DNA of 27,485 bases from an uncultured Gemmatimonadota bacterium (GCA_964435265.1 CAYSYY010000002.1:1-27485), one strand, 5' to 3'; shown: positions 17,722 to 25,966, counted from the first letter of the stretch. Notes: generated by a model not told the origin, from the letters alone. A program made the numbers and translations.

Positions 17722-18351
17722 ATGGAAATGACACGCGACCGGGCCTGGGCCCTGCTGACGACCTGGACCCGCAAGGAGAACCTCCTCAACCACGCCCTGG
17801 CGGTCGAAGCCGCGTTGCGCGCCTACGCCCGCCGCTTCGGTGAGGATGAAGAGCTCTGGGGCATCACCGGACTCCTCCACGACCTGGACTACGAGGCCCA
17901 TCCGAACGCGCAGGAGCACCCCTTCGTGGGCGCGAAGCTCCTGGTTGAGGAAGGGTACCCGCAGATCGTGGTCGACGCCGTCCTGGGGCACGCCCCCTAT
18001 ACCGGGGTGGCCCGCGAGACCCGGCTGGCGAAGGCGCTCTTCGCGGTGGACGAACTCACCGGCTTCATCGTCGCGGTCGCCCTGGTGCGGCCGAGCCGGT
18101 CGATCCACGACGTGCGGGTGAAATCGGTCACCAAGAAGTTCAAGGACCGCTCCTTCGCCGCCCTGGTGAACCGTGAGGATATCATCGCCGGGGCCGCCGA
18201 TCTGGGTCTGGAGGTCGCCGAACACGTGGAGGTCGTCCTGACCGCGATGCAGGGGATAGCCGCCGAGATCGGGCTGGAAGGGGAGAGCGCTCCGGAAACC
18301 GAAGGGGATGGCGCTCCGGAGACCGAAGGGGAGACCGCCCCTGAGACCTGA
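17722..18351 (+). CDS. HD/HDIG-domain metal-dependent phosphohydrolase
   Basis: NLLNHALAVE, GLLHDLDYE, AVLGHA, LFAVDELTGFI, KSVTKKFKDRSFAA. Confidence 0.88.
   Translation: MEMTRDRAWALLTTWTRKENLLNHALAVEAALRAYARRFGEDEELWGITGLLHDLDYEAHPNAQEHPFVGAKLLVEEGYPQIVVDAVLGHAPYTGVARETRLAKALFAVDELTGFIVAVALVRPSRSIHDVRVKSVTKKFKDRSFAALVNREDIIAGAADLGLEVAEHVEVVLTAMQGIAAEIGLEGESAPETEGDGAPETEGETAPET
18277..18348 (+). repeat. Three tandem 24-bp units encoding EG(E/D)(S/G/T)APET x3 at the HD protein C-terminus
   Basis: GAAGGGGAGAGCGCTCCGGAAACC / GAAGGGGATGGCGCTCCGGAGACC / GAAGGGGAGACCGCCCCTGAGACC, then TGA. Confidence 0.9.
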
Positions 18352-19546
18352 GATCCCGCCCCTCATCGGGCACCGTCTCGAAGCCCGCCGTGACGCTCCG
18401 GGGGGCGGTCCGTCGCGGGCACGGCTGAGCGTCCTCATGCTCAACTCCACCCCGGCCGACGTTTACGGGGGCGTGGAGCAGTGGATGGTACAGACCGCCC
18501 GGGGACTGCAGGTCCGCGGCCATACGGTCGTAATCTGCGCCCGGCGCCGCAGCCTGCTGGCCCACCGGAGCGAGGCGGCCGGATTGGACGTCGCGGCCGC
18601 GGCCGGCGGGGGCGAGTTCGATCCCCGCCCCATCCTCGCGCTCGCGGCGGCCGCCCGGCGCTCCGGCGCCGCCATCGCGATCGTGAACTACAACAAGGAC
18701 CTCATCCAGGCCGCCGCCGCCCGGCGCTGGAGTCCCCTGCGCCACCTCATCATGCGGAGTGTGCTGCCGATGCTCGACACCTCCGGCCGGTATCAGCGTC
18801 TCTACCGCCGCTGTCTCGACGGGATGATCACCCCCAGCCGGGAGGTGCGCCGGAGGGTCGAGGAGTACCCCTGGATGAGCGGCGTGCGGGTGCGGAACAT
18901 CCCCAACGGGATCGACCTGGCGCGGATCGAGCATTCCCGGACCCGTTCCGGCGGCCGTCACCCGGCCCGCGACCGTCTGGGGCTCACCCCCGATCATTTC
19001 GTGGTCGGGGGGGTCGGGCGGCTGGAGAAGCACAAGGGATTCCAGCATCTGATCGACGCCTGCGTCCTGCTCACCCCGCGGCATCGCCGGATCGCCCTGG
19101 TCCTGGTCGGCGCCGGCTCGATGGAGGTCGAGCTCAGGGCCCGGGCCGCTGAGCCCGGAGCGGAGGCCGTGAAGGTCATCTTCACCGGCCACCTCGAGGA
19201 TCCCGACGGCGTTCTCCCCGCCTTCGACGTCCTGGTGCTGCCCTCGACCACCGCGTATGAGACCTTCGGTCAGGTCCTGATCGAGGCCATGGCCTTCCAC
19301 GTGCCGGTGATCGGATCGCGGATCGGGGGGATCCCCGAGATCATCAAGCACGAGCAGAACGGCCTGCTCGCCGCCCCCGGAGACGCCGCGGCGCTGGCGG
19401 CGGAACTGGCCCGGCTGGCCGGAGACACCGAGCTGCGCCGGCGGCTGGCGCGGGCGGGGCGGCGCACCGTAGAGCAGCATTTCCGTGAAGACACCATGCT
19501 CGATCGTCTGGAGGGCTACCTCTCCGAATTCATTAGCACTCCTTGA
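18308..19546 (+). CDS. Glycosyltransferase family 4 (GT-B); start codon uncertain
   Basis: SVLMLNS...YGGVEQW, NIPNGID, VGRLEKHKGFQHLI, FDVLVLPS...ETFGQVLIEAMA, GSRIGGIPEII, NGLL. Confidence 0.9.
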   Translation: MALRRPKGRPPLRPEIPPLIGHRLEARRDAPGGGPSRARLSVLMLNSTPADVYGGVEQWMVQTARGLQVRGHTVVICARRRSLLAHRSEAAGLDVAAAAGGGEFDPRPILALAAAARRSGAAIAIVNYNKDLIQAAAARRWSPLRHLIMRSVLPMLDTSGRYQRLYRRCLDGMITPSREVRRRVEEYPWMSGVRVRNIPNGIDLARIEHSRTRSGGRHPARDRLGLTPDHFVVGGVGRLEKHKGFQHLIDACVLLTPRHRRIALVLVGAGSMEVELRARAAEPGAEAVKVIFTGHLEDPDGVLPAFDVLVLPSTTAYETFGQVLIEAMAFHVPVIGSRIGGIPEIIKHEQNGLLAAPGDAAALAAELARLAGDTELRRRLARAGRRTVEQHFREDTMLDRLEGYLSEFISTP

Positions 19547-19670
19547 CTTTTTCTTTCGACTCTGCTACTTGCTGGGGTACGCTTCACACCGCCGCCCGAT
19601 CCGGACCACGACACGGTCCGGACCGCCGCCGACCTCCCGTGCCCACCCGCGCGTATCCCGGAGGTCCCAG

Positions 19671-21428
19671 ATGATCCGTTCCCGGGACAGGTACCGCCCC
19701 GTGTCCGTCACCGGCACCCTGCTCCTGCTCCTCACTCTGCCCGCACTCGCGTCCGCCCAGCGGGAAGCCGCTCCGGGGCCGGAGCCCGCCACCCTGGTGA
19801 TCACCAATGCCATGATCATCACCATGGACAGCCGGCTGCCCCGCGCCGAGGCCCTGGCCGCCCGGGGGGAGTGGATCGTGGCGGTGGGGACGGCGGCCGA
19901 GATCGACCCGTATATCGGTCCCGACACCAAGGTCCTGGATGCCCGGGGCCGGCTGGTGATTCCCGGCTTCAACGACACCCACTGTCACTTCGGGAGCGGC
20001 TCCTCCGGGTTGCGGACCCTGAATCTGTATGGGGTCGACAGCCTGGAGAAGGTCCTCGAACTGGTCGCCGAACGGGTGGCCCGGGCTCAGCCGGGGGAGT
20101 GGATCACCGGCTCGCGCTACGACCATACCCTCTGGACCTCGAGCGACGACTGGCCGACCAGGCAGGATCTCGACCGGGTCGCCCCGAACAATCCGGTCCG
20201 GCTCTCCCGCGCCAGCGGGCACTCCTGCTGGGTCAATTCGCTGGCTCTCGAACTCTCCGGCATCACCCGGGACACCCCCGATCCCCACGCCGGTGAGGTC
20301 CAGCGCGACCAACGCACCGGCGAGCCCACCGGCATCCTGATCGAGTCGGCCCAGAACCTGCTGCGCGTCGGGGGGCGGGGCGAGCGCCCGAGCGCCGAGG
20401 AGCGCCTGCAGCAGCAGAAAGACGACCTGGTGGCCGGATTCCGGCACGCCGCCGAACTGGGTCTGACCAGCGTGCAGACCAGTTCGAGCCTGTCCGAGAT
20501 GGAGGTCATCCGCGCCCTGCAGGCCGAAGGTCGTCTGACCCTGCGCTGGACCGGCTGGCTGGGGATCGAAGGGATCGAACGCTATGTCGAGCAGGGTCTG
20601 CGCACCGGCGACGGCGACTACTGGGTACGGATCGGGATGGCCAAGATCTTCATCGACGGCACTCTCGGCGACGGCTCGGCGGCCATGTTCGAGCCCTTCA
20701 CCGACCGCCCCGATTTCTTCGGCCTGCCGATCTATACCCAGGAGGAGCTCACCCGCATGATCGTCTACGCCGACCGGCACGGCTGGCAGACCGGCACCCA
20801 CGCCATCGGCGACAAGGGCTCGCACATGGTTCTCAACGCGGTGGAGCAGGCCGTCATCGAGAACGGCATGCACGACATGCGTCACCGCATCGAGCATGCC
20901 CAGCTCCTCATCCCCGACGACATCCGCCGTTTCGGCCAGCTCGGAGTGGTGCCGAGCATGCAGCCGACCCACTGCACCACCGACATGCGCTTTGCCGAAG
21001 AGCGGGTCGGCTACGACCGCTGCAAGACCGCCTATGCCTGGCGCAGCCTGCTCGACGCCGGGGCGGTGCTGGGCTTCGGAACCGACTGGTCGGTCGAACC
21101 GCTCGACCCGATGCGGGGAGTGTTCTCGAGTGTCACCCGGACCAACATCCAGCGCATGGAACCGGAGACGGGGTGGTTCCCCGAGCAGAAGCTGACCGTC
21201 TGGGAGAGCATCTTCTACTACACCTGGGGGAGCGCCTACGCCGATCACCTGGAGAACGTCAAGGGATCGCTGGCGCCGGGGCGGCTTGCGGACATCGTGA
21301 TCATGGACCGCGATCTCTTCACCATCCCCCCCGCGGAGATCCTCGACGCGCGCGCCGACTATACCATCACGGGCGGCCGGATCGTCTGGGACCGCGCCGC
21401 CGGGGCATGGGGCCCCGAGATCCGTTAG
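19671..21428 (+). CDS. Exported amidohydrolase (Amidohydro_3 / YtcJ-like)
   Basis: SD GGAGG before ATG 19671; signal peptide ending ASA-Q; PGFNDTHCH, GHSCWVNS, KIFIDG, HAIGD, RHRIEHAQ, FGTDW, GSLAPGRLADIV. Confidence 0.92.
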   Translation: MIRSRDRYRPVSVTGTLLLLLTLPALASAQREAAPGPEPATLVITNAMIITMDSRLPRAEALAARGEWIVAVGTAAEIDPYIGPDTKVLDARGRLVIPGFNDTHCHFGSGSSGLRTLNLYGVDSLEKVLELVAERVARAQPGEWITGSRYDHTLWTSSDDWPTRQDLDRVAPNNPVRLSRASGHSCWVNSLALELSGITRDTPDPHAGEVQRDQRTGEPTGILIESAQNLLRVGGRGERPSAEERLQQQKDDLVAGFRHAAELGLTSVQTSSSLSEMEVIRALQAEGRLTLRWTGWLGIEGIERYVEQGLRTGDGDYWVRIGMAKIFIDGTLGDGSAAMFEPFTDRPDFFGLPIYTQEELTRMIVYADRHGWQTGTHAIGDKGSHMVLNAVEQAVIENGMHDMRHRIEHAQLLIPDDIRRFGQLGVVPSMQPTHCTTDMRFAEERVGYDRCKTAYAWRSLLDAGAVLGFGTDWSVEPLDPMRGVFSSVTRTNIQRMEPETGWFPEQKLTVWESIFYYTWGSAYADHLENVKGSLAPGRLADIVIMDRDLFTIPPAEILDARADYTITGGRIVWDRAAGAWGPEIR

Positions 21429-21439
21429 GAAGAGGGAGC

Positions 21440-22060
21440 ATGACAGTCTTCGATTCCGGGCACCGTGCCGACCACCTGCCGGCCCGTATCGCGCTCACCT
21501 TCATCGAGAACGGGAACGCCACTCTGAACTGCCGCACCTGCGCGGCCCGCCGGCACGGCCTCCCGACCCTGCAGGCCTCCCTCCTCATCCAGCTGCGCAG
21601 TGCCGACGGTGACGGGGGCACGGTGGGAGCGCTGGCCGATGTGCTGCAGCTCACCCCGCCGACGATCAGCGACAGCCTGAAGGCGCTGGTGCGCAAGGGC
21701 TTCATCTCCCGCCGCCGCAGCGAGAGAGACGGACGGGTGGCTTTCTTCCGGCTCACCCCGAAGGGGCGGCGCACGGCCGACCGGCTCATGGCCTGGGCCG
21801 ATCCGATCGAGGAGGTCATCATCGGGCTCACCCCTGAGCACCAGCTCGCGCTGCTGGCCACCCTGACCCGCCTGCTCCGCCGGCAGGTCGAGGGGGGGTT
21901 CATCCCCGCGGAGCGCATGTGCGCCTCGTGCGCCTTCTTCGACCCTGTCTCGTGGGACGAGAGCCGCTACTACTGCCGGCGCCGGGACGAACCGATCCCG
22001 CTCGAAGACCTGCGGATCGACTGTCCCAACCACCGGCCGCTGAACGGCAGCGGGCGCTGA
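21440..22060 (+). CDS. MarR-family winged-helix regulator with Cys-rich C-terminal extension
   Basis: SD GAGGGAG before ATG 21440; LADVLQLTPPTISDSLKALVRKGFI...DGR...LTPKG; C-terminal CASC...C...CPNH; N-terminal CRTC. Confidence 0.85.
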   Translation: MTVFDSGHRADHLPARIALTFIENGNATLNCRTCAARRHGLPTLQASLLIQLRSADGDGGTVGALADVLQLTPPTISDSLKALVRKGFISRRRSERDGRVAFFRLTPKGRRTADRLMAWADPIEEVIIGLTPEHQLALLATLTRLLRRQVEGGFIPAERMCASCAFFDPVSWDESRYYCRRRDEPIPLEDLRIDCPNHRPLNGSGR

Positions 22061-22086
22061 AACGGCGCACCTGTCTCCACTTGACT

Positions 22087-22141
22087 TTGACTCCGCCGGC
22101 CGGTTCCCGCCTCCGACTCCCCGCTTGACTCCGCCGGCCGG
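22087..22141. repeat. Exact 17-bp direct repeat TTGACTCCGCCGGCCGG (22087-22103 and 22125-22141)
   Basis: Two identical copies 38 bp apart in the marR-lipoprotein intergenic region; a third TTGACT at 22081. Confidence 0.85.
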
Positions 22142-22273
22142 AATGATGAGTATTGTAGTGATGTCCTCGTTCCCGTATGGGAACAGCCAGCCCGCCTTGG
22201 ACATGTCCATTCTCCGGAGATGGGTGGAGTACGCCCGTCCCGGCCGGAGCCGTACATCCCTAAGGAGATTCCC

Positions 22274-24247
22274 ATGAAGCTCAGGCGCCTTTCCCTGGTA
22301 CTGGTCATCCTGCTCGTCGCGGCCTTCGCCGGGGCCTGCGACGAACTGATGCAGCAGGATGAGGAGACCGACTACCTGGCCGCCCTGGTCGGCACCTGGG
22401 TCACGACCAGCCACGTCGTGACCAACAACGCCAATACCTCCCAGCACGTCGATCTGTACGCTCAGGGAGTCCGCCTCAGCCTGGTGGTCGAGGCCGACGG
22501 CGACCTGACCGTCATCATCACCAGCGACGACGGCACCGAGACCGATACCGGTTCGATCGAGGCCGATGCATCGACCCTGACCATCACGACCGCCAGCGAA
22601 ACGATGACGATGTCCTACCTGCTGGTGGGCGGGATCCTGACCGTCACCCACACCGGATCCCAGTACGACTTCAACGACGACGGCACCGACGAGGCGGCCA
22701 CCGAGGTGCTCGTCTTCCAGCATCCCGAGGACAGCGGCGACCTCGACCTGTCCGATCTGGCCGGATCGTTCAAGGCCACGCACTTCGTCTGGAGCGATCC
22801 CGCCGGAATCCACGAGAGCATCGATCTGGTCGCCCACGGCGGTTTCTTCACCCTGAAGATGACGGCCGCCGGCGCCACCACCGTCGTCATGGCCTTCCCC
22901 GGAGAGGGCGGCGCGCAGGTCCTGAGCGGCACGAGCACCCTGACGAGCGGCGGGGACAGCCTCTTCACCGACTTCCCCGGCACCGAGGGGGACGCCACCG
23001 TCGGCCTGCAGGTCGTGGGTACGGCCATCACCCTGACGCGCAGCGATGCCACCTACAATTTCGGGGGCGACACCGAACTCCCCGCCCTGGTGACCATCAC
23101 CCTGGAGCCGATATCCGAACTGAGCCTGAGCACACTGGCGGGGTACTACAGCTTCACCTCGATGGTCCTCACGAACCCCGAGAACCCGGGCCAGACCTAC
23201 CTGACCGGCTCCGATGACATCGCCCTCACCATGCAGATCGAAGCCGACGGTTCCTACACCATGGTGAACCTCTTCCGGCCCGACGAGGATGATATCACCG
23301 GCGTCGAGATCGAGACGGCGACTTTGACCGTCATCGGGAACATCCTGGTCATGGACTTCACGGGCGAGGATGAGGACACCGTCGTCCAGGTGACCGTCGA
23401 CGGCTCCACCATCGAGCTGAAGAGCGTGGGCGAATCGTACGACTGGGACCAGGACGGCGACAAGGATCCCGCCGTCGCCGAGATCACGCTCGAAGCGATC
23501 ACCGTCGGTGCGGTCGGCGACTACGCCGGCGCCTGGGTGGCCACCGGCTGGACCTATACCGGCGAGGGGGTCGGGGACACCTTCGACATGATCGCCCAGA
23601 AGGCCATGGCGACCATGGTCGTGGAGAGCGACGGCAGCTTCCAGATGCTCATGGCCGCGCCCTGCGACTCCTTCGAGATCCAGAGCGGGACGACCGCTCT
23701 GTTCGGCGACCTGCTCATGATCGATATGGTCGGGGAGCTCGAGACGCAGTACATGTGGCAGGAACTCGACGGGAACACCTGGACCATCCGCAAACCCGAC
23801 CACTGGAACTTCGACGAGCTGGGTGACGATGAGGGAGCCGTGCTCGAGATCGTCCTGGCAGCCTCCACCCCGGCCACCATGGCCGACTTCACCGGCTCGT
23901 GGGTGGCCAGCCACTTCCTCCTGACCGGCCTGGAGAATCCGTCCGACACCTACGACATGATCACTGAGGGGGGGAGCTTCACCATCGACATCGCCGGCGA
24001 CGGCAGCATGGCGTTCTCGATAACCTTCCCCGGCGAGTCGGCCGAGAACAGCACCGGAACGGTCGAGATCTTCGGCGACATGGTCATCATCACCGATAAC
24101 TCGGACGGCTGGAAGTCGGTCTTCCGGTACACCATCGGCACCGGCACCATCCACCTGTACAGCAACGACGACTGTTACGACTTCAACAACGATGGCGAGG
24201 ACGAGTGCGCCACTCTGGATATCACCCTGGTTCCACCAAGCCGCTGA
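22274..24247 (+). CDS. Acidic lipoprotein with five tandem lipocalin-like beta domains
   Basis: SD AAGGAG before ATG 22274; lipoprotein signal MKLRR...AFAGA|C; five ~120-aa units each starting LxGx(W/F/Y) and ending with a (Y/W)(D/N)(F/W)xxDG-like loop. Confidence 0.8.
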   Translation: MKLRRLSLVLVILLVAAFAGACDELMQQDEETDYLAALVGTWVTTSHVVTNNANTSQHVDLYAQGVRLSLVVEADGDLTVIITSDDGTETDTGSIEADASTLTITTASETMTMSYLLVGGILTVTHTGSQYDFNDDGTDEAATEVLVFQHPEDSGDLDLSDLAGSFKATHFVWSDPAGIHESIDLVAHGGFFTLKMTAAGATTVVMAFPGEGGAQVLSGTSTLTSGGDSLFTDFPGTEGDATVGLQVVGTAITLTRSDATYNFGGDTELPALVTITLEPISELSLSTLAGYYSFTSMVLTNPENPGQTYLTGSDDIALTMQIEADGSYTMVNLFRPDEDDITGVEIETATLTVIGNILVMDFTGEDEDTVVQVTVDGSTIELKSVGESYDWDQDGDKDPAVAEITLEAITVGAVGDYAGAWVATGWTYTGEGVGDTFDMIAQKAMATMVVESDGSFQMLMAAPCDSFEIQSGTTALFGDLLMIDMVGELETQYMWQELDGNTWTIRKPDHWNFDELGDDEGAVLEIVLAASTPATMADFTGSWVASHFLLTGLENPSDTYDMITEGGSFTIDIAGDGSMAFSITFPGESAENSTGTVEIFGDMVIITDNSDGWKSVFRYTIGTGTIHLYSNDDCYDFNNDGEDECATLDITLVPPSR

Positions 24248-24270
24248 GGTCTCTGGAGGTCCTCACGCGC

Positions 24271-24300
24271 AGGGGCGCCCTCCGGGGCGCCCCTTTCTTC
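24271..24300 (+). terminator. Rho-independent terminator after the lipoprotein gene
   Basis: Perfect 10-bp stem AGGGGCGCCC-TCCG-GGGCGCCCCT followed by TTCTTC. Confidence 0.75.
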
Positions 24301-24384
24301 TGGTCCCTCTCGACCGATCCGGTCGATCGATCCGCTCAATCGATACCCTCAGGCTCCTCAATCGATCCCCTCGATCCTTACCGG

Positions 24385-24400
24385 CCCTCCGGCCGGAGGG
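24385..24400. other. Perfect 16-bp palindrome CCCTCCGGCCGGAGGG just downstream of the CPBP stop
   Basis: Seen directly; no U-tract on the minus strand, so terminator function is unproven. Confidence 0.45.
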
Positions 24401-24408
24401 CGCATCGG

Positions 24409-25191
24409 TCACGGCATTCCCGGCCGGCCCGTCATGAGGCGGCTCATCAGCAGCGGAACGCCCGAACCTACGACGTTGGCGGTCAGGTGGGCGAGGAACG
24501 CCGGGAGCAGGCTCTGCGTCTTCGCCCGGTGGTACCCGGCCACCCAGCCGATCGCGAAGGTCATGAGCAGGATCGAGACGAGCATGAGGGTGCCGATCGA
24601 TCCGAGCAGGCAGAGGTGGCCCAGGCTGAAGATGAGGGCGGGGATGAGCACCGCCGGGGAGAGGGCCGTCCCGCCCCGCTCCCCGCGCCACGGGCTCAAA
24701 CAGGTCTGCAGCCAGCCGCGGTAGAGCATCTCCTCGCACAGGCTGGCGTAGATCCAGACCGTCAGGACGGTATGCACGAATCCCTGCCGGGCGGCGGGGT
24801 GCATCCCGGGGCCCGGGCCGGAGGCTCCGGCCAGCATGGTCAGGACCGAGAACAGGACGAGCCCGGCCAGCGCGATCCCGACGGCCGCTCCGACCGGAGC
24901 GAGGAGCTGACGCCAGCCGGTCGACCGGAACCCGTAGTCCCGCAGCGGCCGGCGGCCCAGGAACCTCATCAGGAGCAGTGAGGAGAGCAGGAGGACCGTC
25001 TGCGTTATCGTCCCGCTGCTGAGCCACGGCACGGCCGCCGTCAGGGACCTGAGCGGGGGCAGAGCGGGTATGATGAAGACCCCCAGAACGTAGACGATGA
25101 CGGTCGCCGCCAGGGCGGTCAGGGGATCCGGCCGGGCGACCGTCCGCCCTCTCTGCGATCCGGCGTCGGGTCGGTCGAGACGAGCGGTCAT
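24409..25191 (-). CDS. CPBP (CAAX protease/Abi) family intramembrane glutamic endopeptidase
   Basis: Multiple TMs; LCEEMLYRG (EExxxR), FSLGH (FxxxH), AHLTAN (HxxxN); ATGA overlap with tetR. Confidence 0.9.
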   Translation of the reverse strand: MTARLDRPDAGSQRGRTVARPDPLTALAATVIVYVLGVFIIPALPPLRSLTAAVPWLSSGTITQTVLLLSSLLLMRFLGRRPLRDYGFRSTGWRQLLAPVGAAVGIALAGLVLFSVLTMLAGASGPGPGMHPAARQGFVHTVLTVWIYASLCEEMLYRGWLQTCLSPWRGERGGTALSPAVLIPALIFSLGHLCLLGSIGTLMLVSILLMTFAIGWVAGYHRAKTQSLLPAFLAHLTANVVGSGVPLLMSRLMTGRPGMP

Positions 25192-25793
25192 GCCTGCAAT
25201 CCCTCCCAGATGTGGGTGAATAGAGCCTCAGCGATCTCCGGTCGGGAAGTGATGGATCCGAACCCGTCGAGGAAACCCACCCCCTCGATCAGGGCATGGA
25301 TGTGCAGGGCCGCGAGGTCGGCATCCAGATCTGGTCTGATCTCGCCCGCCTCCTGCCCGCTCCTGATCCGGGACGCCAGATGCTGCCGGGTGGCGGCGAA
25401 GATCGCCGTTATCCGCTCACGGAAGCGCGGATTGCCGCGGGCCGCGCTGGTCACGAAATCGGCGAAGCTGCCGCCCGCTTCGGGTTCCCGGGGATCAGCC
25501 TCGAGCAGGATTCTCTCGACCCGCGCGAAATCCTGCAGCGAGGCGAAGAAAGCCTGCAGCAGTTCGCGGGTGGTCGCACATTCCCCGAACCGGGTGCGGC
25601 TCCAGTCGGTCATGACGCGGATGAAGTGGTCCAGAACCCCCTCGGCCAGCTCCTCCTTGTTCCGGAAGTGGTAGTAGATGGCGGGTTTGGTGATGCCCAC
25701 CCGCCCGGCGATCTCGGTGAGGGTGGCGGTATCGTAGCCCCGGCTCAGGAACAGCCTGAGGGCCTCGCGGATGAGGGTCTGCTTCGTATCCAT
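25188..25793 (-). CDS. TetR/AcrR family transcriptional regulator
   Basis: ALRLFLSRGYDTATLTEIAGRVGITKPAIYYHFRNKEEL N-terminal HTH; C-terminal GEIRPDLD. Confidence 0.95.
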   Translation of the reverse strand: MDTKQTLIREALRLFLSRGYDTATLTEIAGRVGITKPAIYYHFRNKEELAEGVLDHFIRVMTDWSRTRFGECATTRELLQAFFASLQDFARVERILLEADPREPEAGGSFADFVTSAARGNPRFRERITAIFAATRQHLASRIRSGQEAGEIRPDLDADLAALHIHALIEGVGFLDGFGSITSRPEIAEALFTHIWEGLQA

Positions 25794-25819
25794 GGAATCC
25801 GGTTCCTCTGCGCCCGTTC

Positions 25820-25839
25820 CTTACTTAACGTTAAGTAAG
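25820..25839. promoter_or_regulatory. Perfect 20-bp palindromic operator CTTACTTAACGTTAAGTAAG
   Basis: Self-complementary, AT-rich in a GC-rich background, 26 nt upstream of the tetR ATG, overlapping the -10 box and predicted transcription start. Confidence 0.85.
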
Positions 25840-25865
25840 CTATCGGCCGGAGAGAGATCCGTCAA
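25837..25865 (-). promoter_or_regulatory. Sigma-70-type promoter TTGACG-N17-TAGCTT for tetR-CPBP
   Basis: -35 at 25865-25860, exact 17-nt spacer, -10 at 25842-25837. Confidence 0.7.
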
Positions 25866-25966
25866 TCTGAAAGCGCACCGCCGTCAGGGGATCGCTCGGT
25901 CGGCCGGGTGAACTCAGGATCCACCCCGTTCCATCACCGGGAGTTATCGTCCTGCCCGACCGCCTG

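Noticed and set aside
17425-18450. ORF-track N-terminal extension of LemA to 527 aa (apparent fusion)
   Set aside because: The extension is antisense to the HD gene and runs through promoter repeats; an SD-preceded ATG at 17424 gives a normal-length LemA.
19543-19571. TTGACT-N17-TACTTG promoter for the amidohydrolase
   Set aside because: Good -35, but the -10 lacks the conserved final T; too weak to call from sequence alone.
21425-24154. 909-aa minus-strand ORF, plus other long antisense or alternate-frame ORFs (e.g. 95-994, 1694-3166, 3798-5096, 7251-9023, 10111-11442, 13267-15015, 13289-14812, 19584-21248)
   Set aside because: They lie on top of well-supported genes, have no recognisable motifs, and are the expected stop-poor shadows of GC-rich coding DNA.
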